Notes: a model not told the origin generated them from the sequence alone. DNA of 64,000 bases from an uncultured Desulfobacula sp. (GCA_964635025.1 CAZWMY010000004.1:13526-77525); one strand, 5' to 3'. Shown: positions 35,010 through 45,268, counted from the first letter of the stretch. Numbers and translations are program-made.

Positions 35010-35489
35010 ATGAAAATAACACCAAGATTGCTAAAATGGGGTCTGAATATTTACGGCCCGTATCTGGGTGCAGGGGTGAAGGTGACATCAATCTCTAAAG
35101 ATTGGCGTAAGACCCGTGTGTCTATGAAATTGAAGTGGTATAACAAAAACATTATGGGGACTCATTTTGGCGGTAGTCTTTATTCCATGGTTGACCCCCA
35201 CCTGATGCTGATGCTCATGCAGATTTTAGGTAAGGATTACCAGGTTTGGGATAAATCGGCTGAGATTGAGTTTGTTAAACCCGGCAGGATTACTGTCCAT
35301 TCTGAGTTGGAGGTATCCAACGACGATCTGGCAGCGATTATAAAAAATACAAAAGCCGGTGAAAAATATTTTCACAAATTTGAGGTTGCGGTGACAGATG
35401 AACAAAATGATATTGTGGCAAAAATAAACAAAGTGCTTTACATAAAAAAAGCAATTCTGAATAAAAATCAACCCGATGATCAGATATAA
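35010..35489 (+). CDS. DUF4442-like hotdog-fold protein (putative thioesterase)
   Basis: 159 aa reading YGPYLGAGVKVTSISKDWRKTRVSMKL...THFGGSLYSMVDPHLMLMLMQ. Confidence 0.55.
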   Translation: MKITPRLLKWGLNIYGPYLGAGVKVTSISKDWRKTRVSMKLKWYNKNIMGTHFGGSLYSMVDPHLMLMLMQILGKDYQVWDKSAEIEFVKPGRITVHSELEVSNDDLAAIIKNTKAGEKYFHKFEVAVTDEQNDIVAKINKVLYIKKAILNKNQPDDQI

Positions 35490-35532
35490 GTGGAGGTATA
35501 GGTTACAATCAAGGTTTTTCCTTTAGCTTTGA

Positions 35533-35589
35533 ATGGATGTCTAACAAACCAGGGTCAATGCCGCCCATTGTTTTTTTCTTCCGGAAAAC
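35533..35589 (+). repeat. Direct repeat copy B: non-coding relic of an ABC-ATPase 3' end
   Basis: atggatgtctaacaaaccagggtcaatgccgcccattgtttttttcttccggaaaac would translate as MDV*QTRVNAAHCFFLPEN, against MDVKQTRVNAAHCFFLPED in the intact gene. Confidence 0.8.
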
Positions 35590-35611
35590 AATATGTTTTA
35601 ATCCTGCTGAT

Positions 35612-37639
35612 TTATGGTTCATTTTCCAGGAGCACGATGTCAACCCGGTTGCAATGAAACGCACAGGTATGTCCCATATCGGTCAGGCGCTGGCTGGTTA
35701 GTTGATTGGCCCCGCCGCCCGGCGAAAGGCTGGGCCAGTGAAGACCTTCCGCGACCAGAAGTCCGGCCTGGGTGTTATCTGTCACATGGGCCAGAAACCG
35801 GCATTCTCCCCGGCCGTTGAATACCCTGACCTGATCACCATCGGCTATACCCCTGATCCGGGCGGTTTCAGGGTGAATCATCACCCGGGCCTGGCCGGCC
35901 TTTTCCCTGATTTCATCGATTTCGTTAAAGGCTGAGTTTAAAAAAAGATGATGGGGCGGCGTGATGAATTCCAGGGGGTATGTGTCACCGCCGTCCGGGT
36001 CCCGTAAGGGTTGCCCGTCGGGAAGAGGGTTAAGACCCTGATCTGCCATGGCCTGGGAAAAGAATTCCACTTTGCCCGACGGTGTGGCAAATCCATGGGC
36101 ATAGGGGTTGGGCGGGATGTTCAGCCTCACGGCTTTTCCGGATTTTACCATTTCCACATCCACCCCTTTCATCAAAGGGGATGGATCAAGCAGAAAATTT
36201 TCAATGCACTCCATCTCGCTGAGACAAAAAACATCTTCCTTAAACCCAAGCCGGGCGGCAAGATCCTGGAAAATATCCAGGGTAGAGCGGCTCTGTCTCA
36301 CAGGAGGGATGACCGGTTCGGCCATCTGGATATAATTGTGGCCATAGGACCGGTAAAGATCGGTGGTCTCGAGAAAGCTTGCTCCCGGCAAAATGATATC
36401 GGCATAGTTGGCAGTGTCGGTTTGGAACATTTCCTGGACAACCACAAAGAGATCCTCACGGGCCAATCCTTTTAATACATCGCGGGACTGCGGGGCCACC
36501 ACGGCCGGGTTGGACAAATACACATATAGCAGTTTGACGGGCGGGTTGTCGAGCTTTGTCAGGGCATGGCCCAGTTCCACCATATTGATGACCCGGGTGC
36601 CGGGCGGCCGCAGATCCGGACGGGTCAAAGTCTTGAGATCGGAGGGCACCCCACCCAGAGACCGGGTGATGCCTCCGCCCGGTTTATCAAAAGCCCCGAC
36701 CAGGGCAGGTAAAAGCGCAATGGTCCGCATGGCCATTCCGCCTTTCAGCTGGCGGGCCGGTCCCCATCCGGTTCTGATATAGGGCGCCCTTGCCCTGCCA
36801 TATCCCTCTGCCAGACGGATGATCATTTCCTCGGATACCCCGCAGATGGATGCGGCCCGACCCGGAGGGTATTCTGCCGCCCTCAGTTTTAATTTTTCAA
36901 AACCAATGGTCTTTTGAGCGATGAAATCGTGATCCATCAAATCTTGTTCAATCATCACCTGCATCATGGACAAGGCCAGGGCCGCATCAGTGCCCGGTTT
37001 TATCATCACGTGCACATCCGCCTGCTCTGCTGTCCGGTTGCGGTAGGGATCAATAACGATCAAGGTGGCCCCGGCCTTCCGCGCCTTATTAAAAAAAGGC
37101 CAGGCATGAACATTGGTGGTCAGGGTATTGCTGCCCCAGAGAATGATATAATCCGACTGGGACGCCCATTGGATCTCGGTGCTGGGCCCTTTGCCGAGAC
37201 TGGCTTCAAACCCGGCGGAAGCTGCCGGGCCGCAGATGGTATAGTCCAAACCGCTGGCCCCCAGCCGGTTAAAAAAAGCATGTCCTGAATGACGGTGCAC
37301 CAGACCCATGTGCCCGGCATAGGAATAGGGCAGGATTGCCTCAGACCCGAATTCAGAGGATACGGCCTTCATCCGGGAAGCCACCTCATCCAGGGCCTCA
37401 TCCCAGCCAATGGGTTCAAACCTGCCTGAACCCTTGGGCCCTGTCCGTTTAAGGGGGGTGGTGATGCGTTTGGACGAATGGATGTGCTCGGGGAAAAAAC
37501 CGGCTTTTTTGCAGATAAACCCGGCAGTATAAGGATGATCCGGATCACCCTTGACGCTTACAATCCGATCCTTTTCCACCTTGACTAAAAGACCGCAGGT
37601 GTCAGGGCAATCCTTGGTGCAAACCGCTCGTTTCCACAT
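35612..37639 (-). CDS. Cytoplasmic molybdopterin (MopB-family) oxidoreductase, bis-MGD type, non-Sec
   Basis: 675 aa. The N-terminal 4Fe-4S motif is CTKDCPDTCGLLVKV. It has MopB and C-terminal MopB_CT-like regions and no Tat signal. Confidence 0.8.
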   Translation of the reverse strand: MWKRAVCTKDCPDTCGLLVKVEKDRIVSVKGDPDHPYTAGFICKKAGFFPEHIHSSKRITTPLKRTGPKGSGRFEPIGWDEALDEVASRMKAVSSEFGSEAILPYSYAGHMGLVHRHSGHAFFNRLGASGLDYTICGPAASAGFEASLGKGPSTEIQWASQSDYIILWGSNTLTTNVHAWPFFNKARKAGATLIVIDPYRNRTAEQADVHVMIKPGTDAALALSMMQVMIEQDLMDHDFIAQKTIGFEKLKLRAAEYPPGRAASICGVSEEMIIRLAEGYGRARAPYIRTGWGPARQLKGGMAMRTIALLPALVGAFDKPGGGITRSLGGVPSDLKTLTRPDLRPPGTRVINMVELGHALTKLDNPPVKLLYVYLSNPAVVAPQSRDVLKGLAREDLFVVVQEMFQTDTANYADIILPGASFLETTDLYRSYGHNYIQMAEPVIPPVRQSRSTLDIFQDLAARLGFKEDVFCLSEMECIENFLLDPSPLMKGVDVEMVKSGKAVRLNIPPNPYAHGFATPSGKVEFFSQAMADQGLNPLPDGQPLRDPDGGDTYPLEFITPPHHLFLNSAFNEIDEIREKAGQARVMIHPETARIRGIADGDQVRVFNGRGECRFLAHVTDNTQAGLLVAEGLHWPSLSPGGGANQLTSQRLTDMGHTCAFHCNRVDIVLLENEP

Positions 37640-37808
37640 CTTTTATCCTCCTCGCTCTGATAAATCCTATGTTTTTCCAAAACGTATTTACCATTAAATC
37701 CCTTTAAATATCAATTGTTGAATGCGTCCTGACTGTGTTATATACGATTTCTTGATAACGGATGGATACTTGCCATTTTCAATATAAATCCCAAACAAAG
37801 GAGACCAC

Positions 37809-38309
37809 ATGCAGGAATTAAACTCAATGGACATTGCAAAAGAGGTAATGGATATCATAAAAAAAGGAGCACTTCTCACTGTAAAAGCAGGCAAAGATAT
37901 CAACACCATGACTATCGGATGGGCAACCATTGGCTATATCTGGAGAAAAGAGATGCTCATGGTGGCTGTTCGTGAATCGCGGCACACATTCGGTTTGATC
38001 GAAAAAGCCGACAATTTCACAGTAACGGTTCCGACCTCAGATTATAAAAAAGAAGTCTTGTTTTGCGGAACAAAATCAGGCAGGGATTTTAATAAATTCA
38101 AAGAATGCAATCTGAAAACAGTCAACAGCCAATGCGTGGACTCCCCCATCATTGACATTCCCGGATATCATTTTGAATGCAAAATCGTTTACAAAACCGC
38201 CATGGACCCGAAATTTCTGGATTCCACATACAATGAAACCCTGTACTCGGATAAAGACTATCATACCCTGTATTTTGGTGAAATAGCCGCCTGCTACAAA
38301 ACAGAATAA
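37809..38309 (+). CDS. Flavin reductase-like FMN-binding (split-barrel) protein
   Basis: 166 aa reading GALLTVKAGKDINTMTIGWATIGYIWRKEMLMVAVRESRHT. Confidence 0.65.
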   Translation: MQELNSMDIAKEVMDIIKKGALLTVKAGKDINTMTIGWATIGYIWRKEMLMVAVRESRHTFGLIEKADNFTVTVPTSDYKKEVLFCGTKSGRDFNKFKECNLKTVNSQCVDSPIIDIPGYHFECKIVYKTAMDPKFLDSTYNETLYSDKDYHTLYFGEIAACYKTE

Positions 38310-38351
38310 GGATTTTTCATCATAGCCCGCATAATGGGCAAGCATGGCATG

Positions 38352-38391
38352 GGCCTCTGGATTAATCCAAATTCCGGAGGCCTGTTTGTTT
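38352..38391 (+). terminator. Rho-independent terminator after the flavin reductase gene
   Basis: Hairpin GGCCTCTGG-(13 nt)-CCGGAGGCC followed by TGTTTGTTT. Confidence 0.65.
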
Positions 38392-38915
38392 ATCGATCCG
38401 CTTCAATATCCCGTTTAGGTTATCATCTCGATTAATATTTTTTCAAACCTTTAGATTGTCGGGTTTGAATTTCAGCACTGTGTGTAAAATTTGAAGGTTT
38501 GTTGTGTTTGATACACTATCGCCAATATGCTTGAATGGAAAATTGTAAAATTTTTTTTTAGCCTTTCCCAAATAATGGAATTTTGAATCTGAAACTAAAA
38601 AATCTATCTATGCCATATATAGTGCCTTGATAATTTTTAAAAGCCCGGGCTGGTGGATAAAATGCTCGGTAAATTGCCGGATTTGATTCCTAACAGATAA
38701 AACTATCATTGAACTCTTTATCAAATTCACAAATTTATGAGTGTAGCTCAAATTCTATGCTAATTTTTCAGGGGAGAATCACATAGCTTTTAAGTAATGA
38801 AAAATTTTCTCTCACAACAGCTTCCAACAATTTTATTTTTCATTATTGCCAAATGTTATGATTTCCACTTTTGATTTTATCTTGCAATGCCTCTTTGGGC
38901 TATGTATTATTGATC

Positions 38916-39977
38916 ATGAGCAGAGAAACTTTACCGACAATCACTTGCAAACATTTCAGATATTATTTCCCTTGGGTTTTTCGTTGTCTTTTGCTATCGT
39001 TGTTCCTAATTCTGTCACACGCTGGTGTCAGCTTTGGGGAAACAGTAGCCCAACAGCTCGACGCGCGTTTGAAGGCCCATGGCGATTACCTGGTAACAAC
39101 CGCCCCAGCTGAAGTTAAAAATGGTTCACAACTAGTCAAAGCCAAATATATATTTAAGGAATACTGCATCTTTCTCAACGGTCAACGCCAGGGCGTCAAT
39201 AGCTTTGGTCATACTCAGCTTCTGAATGCCCGGAATGGTGACCGCAGCATGCTCCAATGTGGCTGGCATACAGAGAAGCTAAAGATACTCATGGGCCGCA
39301 TGGGTATTAGGAGTGAAGACATGAGTGGAATAGTAGCTGACGCTCACTCTTCCCTCCCCTATTTATTATCTCCTAATCAAGAACACGGAGCCCTCGCTCT
39401 TCGAGATAAGGACGGGAAAGTATATGTATTCGACGCTTGGCAATTGGCTGTAAATAACGTTATTGTTAGCACAGGAATCAATTTGGGCGCTTATAGTGGA
39501 GCCGAAAACAGCAAATGGAATGGCATGGAGGCTCAACTCTGGGATAAGGAAATGAGATCCCAAGGCTATCTGCGATTCAACGATCCCACCATGATGGACA
39601 CAAACTATGCACTTGATTTGCAAACTGTACTCAACCGGATTTTTGGAATTGACCAACCCACCGGTGGATGGGCTGGAAAATGGTATTCTGGAAAGTTCAT
39701 GGAACTTTTTCTTGAACAAACTGGAACCAAAGTTACTGGAGAATTCAAAGATAATAGCTTTGGGGGGCTCCGCACAGGAATTGTTACAGGTAACGTGGAC
39801 GAGAAAACCCCAAGCATTCTAGTAGGCAATATTCGCATTAACCCTTATCTGGTTGGTGAGACGACCGAACCCGGTTATGAACGCCCCATTCGCTGGACTC
39901 TGGAAAAAAACGGCAAACGTTTTTATTGTGAATGGGGCAGTGCCGGAATATGGGATATGACTAGAACGAAGGAATAA
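38916..39977 (+). CDS. Secreted hypothetical protein with a transglutaminase/papain-like Cys-His-Asp core and a C-terminal G-W-x-G-x-W beta module
   Basis: The signal-like segment reads FPWVFRCLLLSLFLILSHAGVSFG. The candidate triad is LQCGWH ... EHGALALRDKDGKVYVFDAW. The C-terminal module reads GGWAGKWYSGKF...VTGEF. Confidence 0.45.
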   Translation: MSRETLPTITCKHFRYYFPWVFRCLLLSLFLILSHAGVSFGETVAQQLDARLKAHGDYLVTTAPAEVKNGSQLVKAKYIFKEYCIFLNGQRQGVNSFGHTQLLNARNGDRSMLQCGWHTEKLKILMGRMGIRSEDMSGIVADAHSSLPYLLSPNQEHGALALRDKDGKVYVFDAWQLAVNNVIVSTGINLGAYSGAENSKWNGMEAQLWDKEMRSQGYLRFNDPTMMDTNYALDLQTVLNRIFGIDQPTGGWAGKWYSGKFMELFLEQTGTKVTGEFKDNSFGGLRTGIVTGNVDEKTPSILVGNIRINPYLVGETTEPGYERPIRWTLEKNGKRFYCEWGSAGIWDMTRTKE

Positions 39978-39981
39978 TCTT

Positions 39982-41058
39982 ATGAACCGCCTAAGATCGA
40001 TTTTTTTTCTGGCAACAATTTTGCTTTTAGCCTACGCATCTTTTTCACCCTTGGCTGCACAATCTTCTCGTGATGATGAAATCGAATTTTTAATTACCAA
40101 AGGGTGGGCACTCAGTGCCAAGAATCGGTTTTTAGAAGCATTGACCCCTCTTAATCAGGCACTGCTTCTTGAGGCGGACAATCCTAATATCTTAACCCTC
40201 AAGGGAGGTGCCCTGATAGGGCTTAAAAAATATCAGGAAGCTCTGGACTGCCTACAAAAGGCGCTCCTTCAAATCGTTGATGATCCATTGGCTTTGACCT
40301 ATAAAGGGCAAGCTCTCTTCAACTTGGGACGGTTTAGCGAAGCAGCAAGCTGTTTCAATCGAACCGCTGCTCTGGAACCAAATTCATATGCGGCTAAAGC
40401 CGGTTTGAATTGGAGCAATCAGAAAATATCCTCAAGCGCTCCAATTCCTGAAGGGAATAAAAATACTACTACAGAAAAGATAATAGCTATTAACGAAGTC
40501 GAGAAGAATCTTGCCGGAGCATGGTTATCCAACGGACGGCCGACCTCCATTACACAGGATAGCAGCGGCAACTTGGTTTTTACTAACGAAATGGGCTGGG
40601 TGTCCAAGGGGCGTTTTGCGAATACCGACACGGTTATAGCCACTGAGTGGGAAGGCGGTTTGCGTGGTTCGCTACAGGATGGCGGCAGGGTTATTCGGTG
40701 GGCCAATGGAACTATGTGGACCCGAGGTGAGCCAGGAGCGGGTGGGATTGCTCCTCGATATTTCAGTGGGTCTTGGTCGGGCAACTGGGTGAACAGTCTT
40801 GGAGAGAAAGGGACTGATTCTCTGGTTCTTGAAGAATCTGGAAACGGGGAAATCAAAGGCACTTGGGGCGGGAATATTCGTGTTACCGGTAGGAGAATCA
40901 ATGAGACGAACATTACACTCCAAGGCCAGACTCAGAGACGTGCATATAAGGTGCAGGGGACTATTCAAGGCAACGAACTTATTTTACGATATACTGTCGA
41001 TCGGCTTGATTCAAGCGGATCATACGAAGGGGAATCGATTTTCAGACTGGTCCGGTAA
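39982..41058 (+). CDS. Secreted TPR-repeat protein with two C-terminal G-x-W-x-G-x-W modules related to the preceding gene
   Basis: The signal peptide is MNRLRSIFFLATILLLAYASFSPLAA. TPR-like repeats read ALTPLNQALLLEADNPN and ALDCLQKAL. The modules read LAGAWLSNG... and FSGSWSGNWV...IKGTW. Confidence 0.6.
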   Translation: MNRLRSIFFLATILLLAYASFSPLAAQSSRDDEIEFLITKGWALSAKNRFLEALTPLNQALLLEADNPNILTLKGGALIGLKKYQEALDCLQKALLQIVDDPLALTYKGQALFNLGRFSEAASCFNRTAALEPNSYAAKAGLNWSNQKISSSAPIPEGNKNTTTEKIIAINEVEKNLAGAWLSNGRPTSITQDSSGNLVFTNEMGWVSKGRFANTDTVIATEWEGGLRGSLQDGGRVIRWANGTMWTRGEPGAGGIAPRYFSGSWSGNWVNSLGEKGTDSLVLEESGNGEIKGTWGGNIRVTGRRINETNITLQGQTQRRAYKVQGTIQGNELILRYTVDRLDSSGSYEGESIFRLVR

Positions 41059-41344
41059 ATCCAAATCTCGGGGTCAGAATGGATCAGGGACATCACAAGC
41101 TCCAATAAAAATTGTTTTTGCATATTTTCATATAATCAATTATATTTTCACGAAAGAACACTGGTAACCCTCTATTAAATAAATTTGGCATCGGTTAGCC
41201 TAAGTGGAATTGAAATAATCACAAGGGCATAAATTTCTTCAATATATTAAAATCAGTCCATCAGGTGATAAGGGCTTTATCGTTGGGACCTCAATGTCCC
41301 ATGGTTCATGAGTTCAGGCCTGTGATAGATATAGGATTTATTTT

Positions 41345-41920
41345 ATGCCAAAAGATTTGAACACCAATTTAATGTCGGAAAAAACCATTAATATCATTAA
41401 AAAATTCATGGTTTTTGAAAGTATTGACTGCGGGCAATTAAAAAGCATCCTGAATACCAACCCTGAATCTGATAGCGACGAATACCATAAACGGATTGCC
41501 AAGATTTGCCAGTATGATGAAGGTGAAACCGTTATTCACGAAGGTGAGTTTGACAGCTGGTCCTTTTGGGTAGTGAAAGGTGTTTTTAATGTTATACAAA
41601 AGGGCGTTACCATTGCCACCTTCTCTACTCCCGGTGAAATCTTTGGAGAAATGAGCGTTTTTGAAGGCATCCCGAGAACCGCCTCCGTTGTTGCTAAAAC
41701 AACCGGCATCTGTCTTGGCATGGATATGTCGATTATTGAAAATTTGGGTGACAAGAAAATCGAATCCCTTATAAAAGAGGGGTTTTATTCAGTTATTTTA
41801 AACCGGTTGGCCACTACAAAAGAAAAAATTTATGCCGACAAAAAAGAGCTTGAATTGAAATTTGCAAGACTGCTTGAATTTGAAAATACAATAAAGTACA
41901 AGGCAAAAAAGAAAACATAA
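41345..41920 (+). CDS. Cyclic-nucleotide-binding domain protein
   Basis: 191 aa. The cNMP phosphate-binding cassette reads GEIFGEMSVFEGIPRTASVVA. Confidence 0.8.
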   Translation: MPKDLNTNLMSEKTINIIKKFMVFESIDCGQLKSILNTNPESDSDEYHKRIAKICQYDEGETVIHEGEFDSWSFWVVKGVFNVIQKGVTIATFSTPGEIFGEMSVFEGIPRTASVVAKTTGICLGMDMSIIENLGDKKIESLIKEGFYSVILNRLATTKEKIYADKKELELKFARLLEFENTIKYKAKKKT

Positions 41921-42008
41921 AAATTACTATCCGGTTTGATTATGATTTTGAAAGCAATCTCAGAAATTTAAAATTTTTCAAAATCAGGTAAGTCTTTCTT
42001 ATTGCGTT

Positions 42009-44909
42009 ATGGCACTGAAAGGGAAGAATTTCATGAATTTCCAAAAATGGGGCCTGCGATGGAGTGAAAATAACCGATATGCAATATGGCTTTTTATCGG
42101 GCTGCTTTTGTCGGGTGCCCTCCTTTTGGCGGCAAACTGGGAGGCAGAACGTCAGGAACGGACACGGATCGAAGCTTTTCGAGGTGATGCTGCCGACCTG
42201 GCACGGATAGCTGAAGCCATCATCCTCGGACGATTAAAAGGGTACGATGATATCCTCCTGGTTTTGTGCGGCGCATATGCCGAATCACCAGCGCTTTTCG
42301 ATGAAAAAGTCCGTCTGTTGCGCCGGGGCCCTCTATCTGACCGCGAAGTGCTCGTGGTGGTGGTGGACAGTAAGGGGAACCTCGCCTGGACGGATACCCC
42401 CAATGTAAAGCCCGGAATGTACAGGGGCGATCAGCCCTATTTCAGGTATTTTTCCGGGGGCGGTAAGGATATGTTCTATATTTCAGAACCAGTATTTGGC
42501 CGTGTCACCAATCGCTATTCCATTCCGATGGCGCGGCCCATCTACGATATGCAGGGCGGTTTTCTCGGGGTCGTGGCCCTATCCGTCAGACAGGATTCGT
42601 TGGTTAATTCGGACCCACAAAAAGAACGTTCCGGAAATTCCGTGATCACTGTGGTCACGCAAGAGGGAATGATAGCAGGACGATCCCGTGGTCTTGAAAA
42701 AGTACAAGGAACAAAAATTGCGCCGGAACTGCTGTTGGCCATGATCAAGACGAAAGAAGGGGTTTTTTCGAGTGTTCCCACTCAAGACGGTACGGAACAG
42801 GTTATTGCTTTCAGGCATATCCCGGAAACGCCGCTCATTGTCTATGTGGAATCTTCACCCGCCGACCTACTGCGTGATTTATCCTATCAGCGCGCTGTGC
42901 TGATGTGGAGCGCTGCTTTTACCTCTATTATCGTCCTGATCCTCATCGCTGTCTATCTGAAGGGAAGAAAACTATCGGCACAGCTCCTCGATTCGCTGAA
43001 AAGAAGCAAGGAACAGGAATATGAAATCCTAACCGGGACATCTCTTGACGGTTTCTGGATCGCAGATGTTTCAGGGCGGATTATAGATTGTAATGATACC
43101 TTATCCAAGATTCTGGGGTATACCAAGGAAGAGCTTAAATCCCTGCACCTAAGAGATCTCGAAGTTTCCGACTTATCAAATCAAGCCATTGCTCTTCTTC
43201 CTTCAGTCAAAGAAAATGTCTGCGAGCGTTTTCAATCCCAATACCAGCGCAAGGATAAAACAATCATTGATGTGGAAATTAGCGTCCAATATGTGAAGGA
43301 ATCAATCGAGCGCATATTTGCCTTTGTCAGTGATATAACGGCTCGCAAGAAAGCAGAAAATGAAATTGCAAGGATGAACCGGGTCTTCGGCGCCATTCTT
43401 GAAAATGCCGGAACGCTGGTGAGTATGCTGGATGCCCATCAAAATTTTGTCTTTTGGAATAAAGGTGCTGAAATTATAACCGGCTATACATCCGAAGAGG
43501 TGCTTGGTGGAAAGGGTGTGCTGGAAACAATTTATCCAAACGAAGCCTACAGACAAAAGATAGCTACCATTAGACAAGACGTTATCCAAGGGAAACCGGT
43601 GGATGACTTGCAGTTGGAGGTGCGTACAAAATCCGGAGAAATAAAGACCATTTCTTTTTATTCAAGAGGATTGATTGATGAAAACGGTAAATCTGTCGGG
43701 ATGGTCAATATCGGTATTGATATCACCGAACACCGGAAAACAGAAGAGAAGCTTCGCCAGTCACTGAAAATGGAATCCATCGGACGCCTCGCTGGCGGGG
43801 TCGCCCACGATTTCAATAACATGCTTACCGTAATTCTTGGATATACCCAGAAAATGATGGATGATATTGATCCATCCGAACAACCTTATCAAGAGCTTCA
43901 AGAAGTCCTTAATGCGGCTCGGCGTTCGGCTGATTTGACAAAACAATTGCTGACCTTTGCCAGAAAGCAGATCATCGAGCCTAAAGTACTCGATTTGAAC
44001 CAGACCATCAAACGAATGATCACCATGCTTAAACGAATCATTGGAGAGGACATTGAGCTTCTTTGGCAACCCGCTGGGGATCTGTGGCCTGTCAAAATGG
44101 ACCCATCCCAGATCGATCAGATACTGGCCAATCTATGCGTAAACGCAAGAGATGCCATCCGCGGCGTAGGAAGAATAACCATTGAAAGCGACATGAAAAC
44201 CTTTGATCCAGATTACTGCGCTGAGCATGCTGGCTTTGCTCACGGTGATTTTGTCCTGCTGTCGATAAGCGACAACGGCTGTGGTATGGACAAAGAAACC
44301 CTGGATAGAATATTTGAACCCTTTTTTACCACTAAGGGCATAGGTAAGGGTACCGGACTTGGTCTTGCTACGGTATACGGCATTGTCAAACAAAATAACG
44401 GGTTTATTAATGTTTACAGCGAGACGGGCCAGGGTGCCACTTTCAATATTTATCTGCCACGATACATATCTACTGATGATAAAATAACGGTTACTAAGTC
44501 AGAAGAACCTATTCCCAGGGGTGAAGAAACTATTTTGCTGGTGGAGGATGAACCGTCCATCTTGAAAATGACGACAATGATGCTCGAACGGCTGGGCTAC
44601 TCTGTCCTGTCTGCCCCAACCCCAGGGGAAGCCATTCGGCAAGCACGGGAGTATACAGGCAAAATTCACCTGCTCATTACCGATGTGGTCATGCCTGAGA
44701 TGAACGGGTGGAACCTGGCCGGAATCCTGGTTCCTCTTTATCCGGATATGAAAATTTTGTTCATGTCCGGCTATCCTGCCAATGTCATTGCCCGTCAGGG
44801 GGTACTGGATGAGGACGTTGCATTTATACATAAGCCTTTTTCAAAGGCCGATCTTGCTGTTAAGTTGCGGGGAATTCTAAATGTGATCAACGACACGAAT
44901 TTGGTTTGA
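42009..44909 (+). CDS. Hybrid sensor histidine kinase/response regulator (Cache-like periplasmic domain, two PAS, HisKA, HATPase_c, REC)
   Basis: The H-box reads RLAGGVAHDFNNML, the N/G boxes read NLCVNARDA and GTGLGLATVYGIV, and the REC domain reads ILLVEDEP...ITDVVMPEMNG...KPF. Two TM segments flank a ~270-aa extracytoplasmic domain. Confidence 0.9.
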   Translation: MALKGKNFMNFQKWGLRWSENNRYAIWLFIGLLLSGALLLAANWEAERQERTRIEAFRGDAADLARIAEAIILGRLKGYDDILLVLCGAYAESPALFDEKVRLLRRGPLSDREVLVVVVDSKGNLAWTDTPNVKPGMYRGDQPYFRYFSGGGKDMFYISEPVFGRVTNRYSIPMARPIYDMQGGFLGVVALSVRQDSLVNSDPQKERSGNSVITVVTQEGMIAGRSRGLEKVQGTKIAPELLLAMIKTKEGVFSSVPTQDGTEQVIAFRHIPETPLIVYVESSPADLLRDLSYQRAVLMWSAAFTSIIVLILIAVYLKGRKLSAQLLDSLKRSKEQEYEILTGTSLDGFWIADVSGRIIDCNDTLSKILGYTKEELKSLHLRDLEVSDLSNQAIALLPSVKENVCERFQSQYQRKDKTIIDVEISVQYVKESIERIFAFVSDITARKKAENEIARMNRVFGAILENAGTLVSMLDAHQNFVFWNKGAEIITGYTSEEVLGGKGVLETIYPNEAYRQKIATIRQDVIQGKPVDDLQLEVRTKSGEIKTISFYSRGLIDENGKSVGMVNIGIDITEHRKTEEKLRQSLKMESIGRLAGGVAHDFNNMLTVILGYTQKMMDDIDPSEQPYQELQEVLNAARRSADLTKQLLTFARKQIIEPKVLDLNQTIKRMITMLKRIIGEDIELLWQPAGDLWPVKMDPSQIDQILANLCVNARDAIRGVGRITIESDMKTFDPDYCAEHAGFAHGDFVLLSISDNGCGMDKETLDRIFEPFFTTKGIGKGTGLGLATVYGIVKQNNGFINVYSETGQGATFNIYLPRYISTDDKITVTKSEEPIPRGEETILLVEDEPSILKMTTMMLERLGYSVLSAPTPGEAIRQAREYTGKIHLLITDVVMPEMNGWNLAGILVPLYPDMKILFMSGYPANVIARQGVLDEDVAFIHKPFSKADLAVKLRGILNVINDTNLV

Positions 44910-45268
44910 TTCATAATTAAGAGGTCGGAATCCATCCAGTGCGTTATACTGAAAAATTTAGATGAACCCATATGTGGTATGTGACTTATTTTCAGCTTTG
45001 AAATTTCAATTCAACTTTATAAGCCCTTGGAAGCTTTGCTGGTTATGGCTCCAGAGTGGTTTTTTATAATATAAAAAGTTGCAACGCTGATTGAGTTGAC
45101 TCAAGGATAATTATTGCTGTGCAGACTATTCAGGGCGATGAATTCTTGAGAAGTTAAAATCAAATATTAATTTAAAAATTCCGACATAAAACTTCCGGAG
45201 GTTTGATACTTTTGGCAGAATCAAATATATTGAGAATCGGTATTGTAAGTATCAGAAGGATATAAAAA

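Noticed and set aside
33009-35532. The repeat-flanked 2.6-kb segment as a mobile element.
   Set aside because: There is no transposase, integrase, terminal inverted repeat or tRNA target. The repeats are a gene-end duplication, not a typical target-site duplication. I therefore report it as a rearrangement scar rather than a mobile_element.
38846-39112. 88-aa ORF overlapping the start of 38871..39977 in another frame.
   Set aside because: The longer frame has a plausible signal peptide and continues for 350+ codons. The short frame has no features and is probably spurious.
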